Positions 1 to 12,904 of a DNA stretch of 64,000 nucleotides are shown piece after piece (position 1 is the stretch's first letter; each line of letters begins with the position of its first letter). The stretch lies in NCBI RefSeq assembly GCF_009914755.1, contig NC_060939.1. One strand, written 5' to 3'. The DNA is from the human T2T-CHM13v2.0 reference genome, Homo sapiens. The position numbers and the translations under genes are program-made. The notes under the pieces are model-generated. The model saw only the letters and a list, made by a program, of their open reading frames with translations, did not search any database and had not been told where the DNA came from.

Positions 1-425
1 CAACCCAAGTGTGCATCAACAGATGAACGGATAAACAAAATGTGTTATGTACATACAACGAAAGATTATCCTTAAAAAGGAAAGAAACTGACAAATGCTA
101 CAACGTGTCTGAACCTTGAGAACACTGTGCTAAGTGAAGTAAGCCCGGGATAAAAAGACAAATACTGTATAATTTCACTATATGAAGTATCCAAAGTAGT
201 GAAATTCATGTAAACAACAAGAATGGAGTTTGCCAGGGGTTGGAGAAGAGGGGGAAATAGGGAATTGTTGTTTGATAGAGTTTCAGTTTTGTAGGATGAA
301 ACCCATAAAGACTGTTGCTCAACAATATGGCTATACTTAACACTACTGAACTACACACCAAAAAATGGTTAAGATCATAAATTTTATGCTGTATGAACTT
401 TACCACAAATGAAAATTTAAAAACA
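1..425 (+). mobile_element. Old LINE-1 (L1M/L1MB-like) 3' end
   Basis: caacccaagtgtgcatcaacagatgaacggataaacaaaatgtg...gaaccttgagaacactgtgctaagtgaa...aaaatggttaag resembles the L1MB ORF2 end and 3'UTR. Confidence 0.8.
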
Positions 426-469
426 AGTTTTAATCAATTGTTGCTATAAACATTCATATACAAATTTTT

Positions 470-960
470 ACGTGACTCTAAATTAAGTGTTTTGCACCAT
501 TTTACGTTCCTACCAATAATAAGTGATCCAGTTTCTACACATCTTCTCTAGCATTTTGGTGTTGACATTTTTTTTTTAATTTTAAGTTCCGGAATACATG
601 TGCAGAACGTGCAGGTTTGTCACATAGGTATATATATGCCATGGGTGGTTTGCTGCACCTATCAACCCATCACCTAGGTTTTAACCCCCGAATGCATTAG
701 CTATTTGTCCCAATGCTCTCCCTCCCCTCACTCCTGACGGGCCCTGGTGTGTGTTGTTCCCCTCCACGTAGACACTGTTTTTTATATCAGCTATTCTGAT
801 AGCCGTGTAATGATATCTCATTGTAGTTTTAATTTGTATTTCCCCAATGGCTAATGATGTTGAACATCCTCCCACATGCTTATTTGCCAACTGCATATTC
901 TTTTTGGTGAAATGTCTCTCTATATCTTTCACCTATTTTCTAATTGGATTTCATTTTTAT
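470..960 (-). mobile_element. Old L1M ORF2 C-terminal fragment, interrupted by a younger L1 at 568-769
   Basis: The minus-strand translation RHFTKKNMQLANKH...[11 protein letters not shown] matches the L1 ORF2p C-terminal region. Confidence 0.8.
568..769 (-). mobile_element. 5'-truncated L1PA (PA8-like) 3' end
   Basis: Poly(T), then aagttccggaatacatgtgcagaacgtgcaggtttgt...gcacctatcaacccatcacctaggtttt; degenerate TSD gttgaca/gtagaca. Confidence 0.85.
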
Positions 961-2192
961 TACCTAGTTTACAAACTCTGTAAAATTTGGAAGATTTTCA
1001 GAAACAATAGTGTCTACCTATGAAGAAAACAAACACATGAGTACAAATAAAATTTTAAAAGACATTTGATTAAACAAAAGAATAAACAATAACACTCTGC
1101 AGTTTCTCAGTAGTGACATATAACTAATACCTGTGGTGATAAATATATTAATGGTTCTCTGGCCCACTGAGTCACTTTGAAATAGACCCAATATCCTGGC
1201 TGTCATCCATGATGTGACAGCTTACAGTCCAGAGGCTCTGCAGGAATCGTTTCAGGGGTTGATCTCAGGGTCAGTCTCCACCAGTTCAGGAACCAACCAT
1301 GTTCTCTAGTCAGACATGAGGTTGAAACAAGTCTGTTTAACTCAACTGAAAGAGAAGGTCTGTTTCTCCTAACTCCCTATTGCCTTCCTCAAGTTTACCA
1401 GCAGAACAATGGTAATCATAATTATAGTAATAGCTACTAGCATAAGCACAGTTTTTATAGTTTATAAAAGGTTTTCAAAATTGACTTCATCTTCTGTTGT
1501 CTTACCTAATTGAGTAAAATTAAAATGTTATTGCAGTTAAAAAATTAACTGATGTTTTACAATTCTCAGGAATGCTGCAAGTCTAGAAAATAATCATTAA
1601 AATTATACTTTATTCTGCTGAATCAATGAAATTTTTTGGAAACAACCTCAACCCCCACAAAAGCAGCTTAGCACTGCTTAAAGAAATCCAGAATTTTTCT
1701 CCAAACACATATTGGATTTTTTATTAGTTGACCTCCGCAGCTAGACCAAAGAGCTGAGATCAGACTAAAGACCAAAAACGTCTTTTTTCCCTATGAGTAG
1801 TACCCCTCTGGTTTTTTATCAAAACGCATTCCTCTTGAGTTACATATTGAATAACTATCTCACATTTCTCCTGAAGAATTGAATTCACCTTGTTTTCACA
1901 TGTTGCTATGCTGAGGGCACAAAGGATTCAACACACTCTCACAATGCATTTACATCACTGGAATTTTTGTGGCCTATTCCAAAGTTTTTCCACTAAACAG
2001 CTATTGTCTGTGTCCTCCTTAGATTCAAATTATGCACTAGAACTCCCTCATCTTGATTCAACAACAAGCTTCTTCACTTTTAATTCCACTTTCTTGGTTT
2101 CCTGAAGCTTTTTTTCCCTCTCTAGTTTGTTTTCTTATCATAATCTGTATTTAACTATCTCTGTATTCTTCAAAAGTACCTTTTTTACTCCT

Positions 2193-2820
2193 CCTCTTGG
2201 AGAACCTCTGCTAAGGCAGTGCAGAAGGGAAATGTAGGGTTGTAGTCCCCACACAGAGCTTCCACTGGGGCACTGCCTAGTGGAACTGTGAGAAGAGGGC
2301 CACCGTCCTACAGACCCCAGAATGTTAGATCCACTGACAGCTTGAACCACGTGCCTGCAAAAGCCACAGACACCCAACACCAGCCTGTGAAAGCCGCCAG
2401 GATGTCTGTACCCTGCAAAGCCACAGAGGTAGAGCTGCCCAAGGCCATGGGAGCCCACCTCTTGCATCAGCAAGACTTGAGACATGGAGTCAAAGAAGAT
2501 TATTTTGGAACTTTAAGGTTTAATGACTGCCCTATTGGATGCATGGGGTCTGTGGTCCCTTTGTTTGGGCCAATTTCTCTCATGTGGAATGAGTGTATTT
2601 GCCCAATGCCTGTACCCCCATTGTATCTAGGAAGTAACCAACTTGCTTTTGGTTTTACAGGCTCATAGGCAGAAGGAACTTGCCTTGTCTCAGATGAGAC
2701 TTTGGACTGTCAAGTTTTGAGTTAATGCTGAAATGAGTTAAGACTTTGGGGGACTGTTGGGAAGGCATGATTGGTTTTGAAATGGGAGGACATGAGATTT
2801 GGGAGGGGCCAGGGGCAAAA
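2193..2820 (+). mobile_element. THE1B-int (MaLR internal region), 3' ~630 bp only
   Basis: ggagaacctctgctaaggcagtgcagaagggaaatgt...; ends in the polypurine tract gggaggggccaggggcaaaa directly before the LTR. Confidence 0.9.
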
Positions 2821-3184
2821 TGATTTTGTTTGGCTGTGTCTCCACCCAAATCTCATCTTGAATTGTAGCTCCCATAATTCCCACATGTCGTGGGAGGGAC
2901 CCAGTGGGAGGTAACTGAATCATGAGGGCAGATCTTTCCCATGCTGTTCTTGTGATAGTGAATAAGTCTCACGAGATCTAATGGTTATATAAAGGGGAGT
3001 TCCCCTGCACCCGCTCTGTTGCCTGCTGCCATGTAAGATGTGCCTTTGCTCCTCATTCACCTTCAGTCATGATTGTGAGGTCTCCCCAGCCATGTGGAAC
3101 TGTGATTCCATTAAACCTCTTTCCCTTATAAATTACCCAGTCTTGGGTATGTTTTTATTAGCAGTGTGAGAACAGACTAATACA
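2821..3184 (+). mobile_element. THE1B LTR
   Basis: TG...CA termini: tgattttgtttggctgtgtctccacccaaatctcatcttgaattgtagc ... gagaacagactaataca. Confidence 0.92.
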
Positions 3185-3314
3185 CTCCTTTAACACCAAA
3201 TAACAAATCAACAGGCAATAAAGATTCTCATGCAAACCATTAGAAGCATGGAGATTCTTCAAAGTCATTATTTCTTATAATTTTAAGAAATCCAGAACAT
3301 TTCCTCAGGGCTTT

Positions 3315-3450
3315 CATTTATCTATTGTGTACCAAGAACTGGAGATACAATGACTGACCCTTGAGAAGCTCACATTCGAGAGACAAATATGTAAACTAAC
3401 AATTGCAGTAAAATGTGGTCGTTGCCATGATAAAGCTCTGGACAAAGGGC
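3315..3450 (-). mobile_element. L2 fragment
   Basis: Degenerate L2 3'-region motifs (tattgtgtaccaagaactggagataca...gacccttgagaagctcacattc). Confidence 0.5.
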
Positions 3451-4092
3451 TTTGAAATCCTGGATAGCAAACTGGATAATTTAGAATGCAATATGAGTGT
3501 GAGCTTAGAAAGAAAGATAAATATAAAGTAAGCAACAAGCTAAGGAGATTCATACACACATGCTGTAAACTCTTATTGAGCTACCATCAGATGCATGACA
3601 TTCTCCTAAGCACATGACACCATTAGAATGGACAGAGCAGGTCCACTTAAACATGTATCTTACACTCTTCTGGGGGAGATGGATAATTACCAAACACATT
3701 TTTTTAGCAGTAAGTATTACAATGAAAATCAAACAAGGTAACTGAGTGAGGAGTGCTTTGGGGGCTATTTAAGCTGGCTAGCCAGTAAGAGTCTATTTAA
3801 TGCCAAAGAATGGGATTTCAGTACCCAGATTTTGTTTCTGGACAGGTCCATCATTTCAATACTGCTTACTAGAGATCTCTCACAAAGACTATAAAGAACA
3901 TTTAGCAAAAGACTTCACAACCCGATTAAAAGCATTTGCTACTAAAAACCAAGAGGGTATCAGAAGAAAACCTAGGAATTAATGCAAAGCTATGAGAGCT
4001 GAGTCATAGAGATAAAAAGAAAAACCCATAATGGAAACTATGCCTAGTAATTCTCAGGAGAAAATGGAACAATTTCAGAAGAACTAATACTT

Positions 4093-4877
4093 TCTTTTTT
4101 CATTTTTATTTATTTTACTTTAAGTTACAGGATGCATGTGCAGAATGTGCAGGTTTGTGACATAGGTATACACGTGCCATGGTGGTTTGCTGCACCTATC
4201 AACCCATTATCTAGGTTTTTTTTTTAATGTTTAACTGTTTAATACTATAATGGTTTTAATTCTTTTTTTAATTTTATTATTATTACAGTTTAAGTTTTAG
4301 GGTACATGTGCACAATGTGCAGGTTTGTTACATATGTATACATGTGCCATGTTGGTGTGCTGCACCCATTAACTCGTCATTGAGCATTAGGCATATCTCC
4401 TAATGCTATCCCTCCCCCCTTCCCCCACCCCACAACAGTCCCCGGTGTGTGATGTTCCCCTTCCTGTGTCCATGTGTTCTCATTGTTCAATTCCCACCTA
4501 TGAGTGAGAATATGTGGTGTTTGGTTTTTTGTCCTTGTGATAGTTTGCTGAGAATGATGGTTTCCAGTTTCATTCATGTCCCTACAAAGGACATGAACTC
4601 ATCATTTTTTATGGCTGCATAGTATTCCATGGTGTATATGTGCCACGCTTTCTTAATCCAGTCTATCGTTGTTGGACATTTAGGTTGGTTCCAAGTCTTT
4701 CCTATTGTGAATAGTGCCACAATAAACATACGTGTGCATGTGTCTTTATACCAGCACATCATCTAGGTTTTAAGCCCCACATGCATTAGCTACTTGTCCT
4801 AATGCTCTCCTCCTCTCCTTCTCCGCCCCCCACTGACAGGCTCCAGTGTGCTTTGTTCCCCTCTCTGTGTCCATGGG
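4093..4877 (-). mobile_element. L1PA8-like 3' end, host of a nested L1PA3
   Basis: 18-bp TSD tcagaagaac(t/a)aatactt at 4075-4092 and 4878-4895; the L1 3'UTR is split at atctaggtttt. Confidence 0.9.
4220..4756 (-). mobile_element. 5'-truncated L1PA3-like insertion with 37 extra nt at its 3' end
   Basis: 15-bp TSD cat(t/c)atctaggtttt at 4205-4219 and 4757-4771; ORF2 C-terminus YKDTCTRMFIVALFTI; 3'UTR gacgagttaatgggtgcagcacaccaac. Confidence 0.92.
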
Positions 4878-5193
4878 TCAGAAGAACAAATACTTAATCC
4901 TTAATAAGTGAAAAGGCAATCACTGATGCAAGTTTCTTGTGAATTCTTCCAGAGGTATCCTATACATAGGATGCTTGTGAATCTTTTTTTTAGGGTTTTT
5001 TCTGGTTTGTGGCGGGGGGAGAACATATCCTAACTTGCTATAAAACTCTTCGGCACTAATTTTTCATATTTAAAGCATTTTAGAATTTATTCTATATCAG
5101 TACACAAAACTTTGTCTCTTTTTTAAAAGCTGCATATTGACCTATTATTTATTTAACCATTAATTTTGCAATATAAATGATAGACATTGAGGT

Positions 5194-5610
5194 TGTATGA
5201 GGAATTGGCCGCCTGTTCACCAAACTCATTTCTTTTTCCTCAGCACACAGCTGGGCCTTATTTCCCAGCTTCCCTCACGCTTTGGTGTGGCCCGGTAACC
5301 ATGTCCTAGCCAATAAAATGTGAATAGAAATGATGGGTGCCATTTCCAGCCCTGACCCATGAACACCTGATCCTCCATGCTATTACCCCTTTCACCAATT
5401 TGATGCACATAAGCAAGAAGACCTTAGCAAGCTCATGCTGAAAATGATGGAACCACAGAATACAAGGATCCTGACTTTCTGAATCAATATTTGAAGGAGA
5501 ACCACCAATCAATCAGGGATACCCATGCTGGACTTCGAATAAGTGAGAAATCAACTTCAAATGTGTTTGAACTATTTGAGGATTTGTTAGTTACAGTAAA
5601 TAATATTATT
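5194..5610 (+). mobile_element. MLT1 (MLT1J-like) MaLR LTR
   Basis: tatttcccagcttccctc...gtcctagccaataaaatgtgaatagaaatgatg...gagaaatcaacttc...ttgttagttacag. Confidence 0.7.
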
Positions 5611-5652
5611 ATATAAAGTGGTTCCCATTTCTACTACTGTAGAAACTGTAGT

Positions 5653-5965
5653 GTTGAATTTTACCTGAGCCCTGTGCTCCTGGAAAACAGGGGTGATTAA
5701 AGACATCTCCCCACTCTTTTGTGTTCTCTTCTAAAGAGAAACATGCTTCCCCATGTGCCTTAGCCAGACACAGATACTCCAAATATCCAAATTTTGTCTT
5801 ACACATGATTAGCTGAACTGTTTTGTTCCCTCTGAGCAATAGAAACAAAACATCTATTAACCAAATTTTGGTTAAATTTCTCTCCCTCCCCCAGGCTCAC
5901 CCTCAGCCTGAGTCAGCATAAACTCCTCCTTAACTGTCCCTTCCAACAGTAAGCTGTCCTGAGAG
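5653..5965 (+). mobile_element. ERV1-class LTR fragment (MER31/MER67-like; subfamily uncertain)
   Basis: tgttgaattttacctgagccctgtgctcctggaaaacag...ctcagcctgagtcagcata. Confidence 0.5.
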
Positions 5966-6464
5966 TTAATCTATGTGATGAGCACAAGGTTGGTGTTAAA
6001 CAAATGTTAGCTATTACTATGAATGGACTTAGTGGACTTCATCAGTTCACCAGGTTCCTGATGGGAGCCCCAAGGCTTCCTTCAATTCTCTTTTTCCTTT
6101 CCCTATCCCTTACCCTCTCCAGAGGGCCCGCACTACAGTCGTTCCTAAGAACCCTGGCTTGTGAGCCCCAATAGCAAAGGAAGGAGAGAGAAGCAAAAAC
6201 AGGGGGAAAAAAGAGGGAGGAAAACCAACAATGAAAGCCAGCCCTCTGCTTTACTTACACTGATGTTGGAGCACAAGTGGAATGCTTAAAAAGGAAAATA
6301 AAACTGCCACAGCTTTAGAACACCTTCATGTAAATTAATAGTTTTAGCACAACCTAGAAAGACATGTCAAAATCAGAGTGAAACAGCTGGGAGCACTGGT
6401 TGAAGTCCTCAGACGACTTTGGCTGTGAACAACTTTGTGCCTTATTACAGCTCTACACTCTCTC

Positions 6465-6535
6465 CCCTGAGCTTGGCATGGGGCCTAGCACATAGTAGGC
6501 ACTCAATAAAACACTCAAAGGATGAATGAAGGAAT
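6465..6535 (+). mobile_element. L2 3' end
   Basis: gcctagcacatagtaggcactcaataaa...gatgaatgaa. Confidence 0.7.
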
Positions 6536-7171
6536 TGTCACACAGATTCTCCATTGAGAGAATGGAGGTTGGAGGTCATCTGGTCATAGATCTGGCCATT
6601 AATACCAGTCAAGGAGGCCCTTTAAGACTTTTTTTTCTTAGGTTCACAATCAAATCTCTACATAATTTTTGCAAGTGATTCAACAGGTAGAAAGGCAGAA
6701 GACCTTTTGATGAAGCCTTTGTAGTCCTCCATTTACTAGTCAGCTTTTGGGGGGTGATCTAGGCTTTTATGGATAATACTCACACATCATGGTTAAAACC
6801 CCAGGGAAGTCTTTTCCTCCCAACTTTTAATTTCCTTCTCAGTTTCTCTTAAGTTCTTGTCCTTTCTAATACCACTCTAAATCAGAAAAATACCTGTGAG
6901 CCTGTGAAGCAACTTGGGCCCCTTACAGGTGAGGAGAGGATGGTGGAGAGCTGAGGAGAGTGGGATACAGGAAGGCGTCATGCCACCTTCTAGCTTTCAG
7001 TGCAGTGGTCCTGAGGGAAAAGTCAGGCAGCTGTAAAAGATGAGGGTCAGGTGAGGGTTAGGCCAGAAAATCTCTATAAGCCTCTCAATTCTAACATTCT
7101 GTAAAACCGAGTATGCTACCTAACAGTATTGTAGTAAGGTCGAGTTTTTCATTGAATTTATAACTGGTTCT

Positions 7172-7601
7172 ATGTGCTAGGCATGAACATATGTCCCCTA
7201 ACTCAAATCCCCCTTCATGGAAGGACTTGGTGTCCAGCATGGAGACTGTGATCAGCAAGACAGCTTCCAGCTGTCAGCTGCTTCAGGGTCTAGTTTAGCT
7301 GTAGGGAGCTGTCTCACCCGAGGTCATGCCATTCCAGGACAGCCAGCTTCCAGTGACTAGGCAAGGAGGCTATACAGGCACAGCCATTTGGTCCAAAGCA
7401 AGGCACCCTAACAAGCAATACTTGCCCACAGCTGCCTGCCCCGGGTTGGCCGAAGCTTTGTCAGGCTGGCATCACAGTTTAACCTCTCCTTCTGCCCAAT
7501 CCTGCTTCCTCTTCCCTTCATAGGTGTTGAGCCCTAATAATTCATCTGTTACCCCAAACTCTGCTGGAAGCATCTGCTTCCAGAAAACCCTACCTATGAC
7601 A
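7172..7601 (+). mobile_element. LTR16C-like ERVL solo LTR
   Basis: ccttctgcccaatcctgcttcct...ggtgttgagccctaataa...catctgcttccagaaaaccctacctatgaca. Confidence 0.75.
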
Positions 7602-8529
7602 TTTTATATGAGTCCAAAGGGTGAGTTTCTAAATTATTTGGAATAAATAAATGGCCTCCCAAGAGGACTATTTCAAAGAACAAGTTTCAATGGGAGAGGT
7701 GAGCTCTGTTACGTTGTTTTGCAGGGGGAAACTGATTGAACACTTAACACATTTTAGTCCTTTAAGGAAGAGATTGTGATCCTCTGTTATCGGCAAATAC
7801 AGAATTTGTGGCTGAGAGGAAAGGTTTTGATTCAGAGACCTATGGGCTAAATTTGCCTTGAATTTGATGTCCATTTGATGCTGGAAAGCGACGGTATGTG
7901 GTGGGAGCAAAGAACAAGAAAAGCCAATGCAAGTCCAACGACTCATGCAGTTTGAAGGTGGATCTGTTTGTGTCACGTCTAGGAAAAAGGTGAAGCTGCC
8001 ACTGCTAATGGGATGGAAGCTCAAGGAAACGGAAAGGCTGTTTCCAAGGCAATCTGAAGAGCCAGTGAGCAATCTTAGCTGCCTCTTTTCTGCAGGGAAA
8101 TCAGCAATGAGAATAGGACAACCAAACAGAAATCTCTGTTTTTCAAAACCTACTAAGTTGTCCTAATTCCCCTGCAAAATAAAATTCTCCTCAGAGAGAA
8201 CGTCTTATGAATACCATGACCTTAATGAAGGTGAACGCTGATTTATTACAGAAGAAATAAAGCAGGAATTAGAAAGAACTTTGTATGGCACACAATGACA
8301 GGCATCCTCTGAAAGACACATTTATGTGGTTACTTGGACATGTGGTTTAAACACGCTTTAGAAAGGTTTACTAAATATAGAGCTATCATTTTTAGTTAGT
8401 TAAATTCAATGTTTATGGCTCTTTTTATAAAATGTTGCTTAGGAAAATGACTCCATTTTAAACTAGAGCTATAATTTGTAGCAGACAATATTAGACACTT
8501 ACCTGTACTCAAATACAGTCAGAAGTGCC

Positions 8530-9190
<661 letters not shown>

Positions 9191-9779
9191 ATTGTATCCC
9201 AAATGTCCTGGGCCTCACTAGCTTATAGATCATAAAATAAAATTACATTCTTTTTATACCACAAAAATTATAGCATATGCCTCCTTTTATTCTGTTATTC
9301 ATTCAAAAGATAAACTGTGCTAAGAGCTGGGGATAGAAAGGTAAACATAATTTCTATCTTTGCAGAGATTAAACTCCAGGTCTGAGAGCCAGATAACAGC
9401 CCTCCTCAAGATAACCAGTCAAGTTTGGCACTGCAGGCCCTGAGCCATTTTGGTCCACCCTGCTTTGACCCCACCCCTTGTCCACATCAGCTCCTGTGAA
9501 GCCACCCCAGAAGAAAACCACTATTCGTTCACATTGGCTGATTGATGCTCCATACGTCCAAACCTTCCAGTCCTCAAGAAACAAGTATGGCTGAGTTCTG
9601 GGTAAAAGTGGAGAACATGACCCTCTCCTCACTCTGTGCCATGTTTTATATAAGAAATACATTAAAAGTATATAAAAACACATGTGCATATGTTTACATA
9701 TATGTATATATACATATATTAATGTTATATAAATACAATATATATCTCATTTTTACGAAAAGAAACTAACAAAAATAAG

Positions 9780-11505
9780 GGTAAGTTTGGAAGAGATAGA
9801 AATGAGAATATTTCTGACTATATTTTTATACGGTTTTTACTTTTGAAACATGTAAATGTTTTACATATTCAAAAAAATAAAATTAAAAAAGAAAAATGCA
9901 CTCCCTTAAACAAAATACAAGTAGAAACAAATGATCCAAATTATATTTCAGTTTGATAAAATATCCACCCAGAGGAAATAGTTACTTTGAATAACATATA
10001 AATGCAATCAGTAGGTTTATTATTGCTAGTAGAAATACTGGAATTGTAATTTTAAAACTGTTTTAAATACATTTTAGGTAAAGAAAATAAGTGTGTATTA
10101 ATGTTATTAGAAACCGAGATTTTCAACATTAAGACAATACATGATAATAAAAGAAATAAATAAAAATGCCATAATTTTAATTACAAACACTATGAATTCA
10201 TTACTCTTTTTAAAAAAATCTTACCTCTGTCCACCAAAAAGAGTCAAAGAGCAATAACAGTCCTGAAGGAACAAGACATCTAGTCCCCAGATCTTGGTTT
10301 CTAATTCTCCACTAATATATATAATGGGGTTCCCTGGAAAAAAACAGCTGATTTTAGGAAATGTGCAAGATAAGCCAAGGATATCTTGTTATGTCAAAAA
10401 ACAAAACAGTGCTCAAAGACTAACAGAGTCATGTTGAAAGGACCCAGAACCCAGCTTGCAGGAGCATCTACTGGCCTTTGAAACAAATGTGAGCAGCAAA
10501 AAATATATCTATGATGGTTATAATACTCTGAATAAACAAACATCCATGAATTCATAATGAAACTCAAGAAAGATCGGCAAAGGAGAAGAAGGAAAAAGAA
10601 ATAAAGCTCTTACTTCATAATAAATGTAAAAGAAATAATGGAATTTCAGAAAACTACCACATTGCTATCCCTACTGTAAAAGTTGTCATAGGTAAGGATC
10701 TCTAACGAATGCTAAAACCATTGAGTGAAAAGTCTGTCTCCACAGATTACTTGTGAATTGCAAAGGGGTAAATGTGCTCTTATAACGGAGCAATCTAGTA
10801 GTCACCAACTTTACCAAGTGACCAAATCTGAGTTTCTAATAGTAGGACAACCGGACCTTGCATGTCTTATTATACAATGCAATAAGAAGTATACAATATG
10901 TATGAAATATTCTTGCCAGACAGATTTAACCTAAATCTAATCAAGCTTCTAGACCTAACTTCTGATGTATAGAGAAGGAAACAGCAGTGCAAGTTCAATA
11001 ATACCATGAAGAAGCCAGCAGAAAAATCTAGAATTTGGGACATTTCACGTGACAACTGGCTGGGATTCTTTAAAAATCAATGTAAAAAAAGTCGATAAAT
11101 ATTCTAGATTAAGAGACACTAAATATCCATAACAACCAAATGCAATGTGTGAATGCTTATTAATCCCGATTTTAAAAATAAGTATATATATTACCTTTTT
11201 GAGACAATTGGGGAAAACTGAATATGGATTGGATATTAAATATTATAGAACTATTGTCATTTTAGATAACAATATTGTGTATGTACAGAACATTCTTATT
11301 TTTAAAGTGATCATGCTGGTACACATAGGAGTGATTTATGATAGCCGCAACCTACTTTCAAATGGTTCCACCAAATATTAGATGTAGAAAGGGATAAAGC
11401 AAATATGGCAAAATGTTAACAACTGTTCAATATAGGTGGACGGTATACAAATATTCACTGCACAATTTTTTTCATTTTTCTGGTGCCTAAAATTTTTCAA
11501 ACTAA
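9780..11505 (+). mobile_element. L1MC-type (L1MC4/5-like) 3'UTR
   Basis: tgaaatattcttgccagacagatttaacctaaatctaatcaagcttctagacc...aaagcaaatatggcaaaatgttaacaact. Confidence 0.7.
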
Positions 11506-12069
11506 AGAGATCGGAATGAACAAGATCATGGGACCCCATGATGGGTATAGGCCCTCACCAAGGAGTAATATCAACAATTCCCAGATGCCCATTTATCATC
11601 CCTTTGTAGTTATTATAAATACAAGATACACCACTGATGACTAAAAGAACTTACATTTAGATGGATGTATGCTTCAGACCTTAATTATGAAGATTTTAGA
11701 AAAACATATCACTTTTCTCAAGTAGCTCCTAAAGTTATGTCACTCAAGAAATATATGGCTTTCTTTAAACTTGAGCCACTTCCAGATATTCCTTTGTTCA
11801 TAAAATTGGCTTAAGCATTTGTGAAGGCTTGAGGCGTCATTTGCCTCTTGCCAGTATCAAATGAGGTATTGGATTGTGTCCGAACAATCTGCAGTTTCTA
11901 TAAATACTTGATAAGATCTACTTTCTCTATTTAAAATAGAAAATCATTTGGACTCTGCTAGAAGAGAAAATGTTCTTTTTATTCAAGTAAGAAACAAGTA
12001 TCTTCCCTGCTTATTCAGTTTTCTACATTCTACTACTTTTAACATTAAAATGAACTCATATCATGCATA

Positions 12070-12285
12070 AGGACCCTGTGGATTCCAACGTCATCTTTTA
12101 CAAATAAAGACACAGATCTGCAGAGCTTAAATGACTTGTAGGGGTCACATAGTGACCTAGATCCAAAGTTTTTGACCCTCAGTAAAAATATAAAAATTTC
12201 TACACAATATTGCTCTATCACTTACTTACTGTGTGATCTTGGACAAGCTGCTTAACCTCTCCAAGCCTTGGAGGTAATAATACTA
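12070..12285. mobile_element. Two MIR fragments in opposite orientations
   Basis: Core motifs ttaaatgacttgtaggggtcacatag and ctgtgtgatcttggacaagctgcttaacctctc. Confidence 0.65.
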
Positions 12286-12904
12286 TGGCAGCTGCCTCAC
12301 ATATCCAGCATCACAACCCCTCAACCCACTTCCGATTTCAGATGCAGCTGTGATGAACACTTCTGTGAGAGTTCACTCTGTGGAAGTTCACTTCTGTGGG
12401 AGTTCAAGGTCACCTTATGCTAACAGCTCTCCACCTCAAGCATTCACTGCCTGTCCCTTCCATCCATTCCCCCTCCCTCTTCATCTTCTTCATCTGAAGG
12501 GAAAAGGAGGGGCTCTCAGAAGTCAAGCAAGAGCTGGTCACTTACTTCCTTGAGGTTTATTATAAAATGAAGAAATTCTAAAGCAAGTTACAAAAATGAT
12601 CATACATAAAGAGTTTATATTAAACAAATTAGTGACAAAAATGCAGTTCATAACATATTTACAGAATTTATTTTTTAAGGTCATTTCATAGTATACAATA
12701 CAAAGTGTGGTCCTGGGGATAAACAACTCATTTCAATTCTGTCCAAGGGTAACTAAGTGAATAATTTATTTGAAAATAACATCAGAGGTCTAAATGTGAA
12801 GCCCTTTGGGCATGTGAGGTTGAGGCTGCAAATTCCACCTCACTCAAAGATCTGAGACCAGGGTTCTGTTAAGGAACATTGAAACTGGAATGACTCCAAC
12901 GTCT

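Noticed and set aside
6978-6996. CTCF-like tgccaccttctag
   Set aside because: It has mismatches at informative core positions and is much weaker than the site at 26550.
8497-8505. Perfect minus-strand donor CAG|GTAAGT
   Set aside because: No convincing paired acceptor. Isolated donors are expected by chance in 64 kb.
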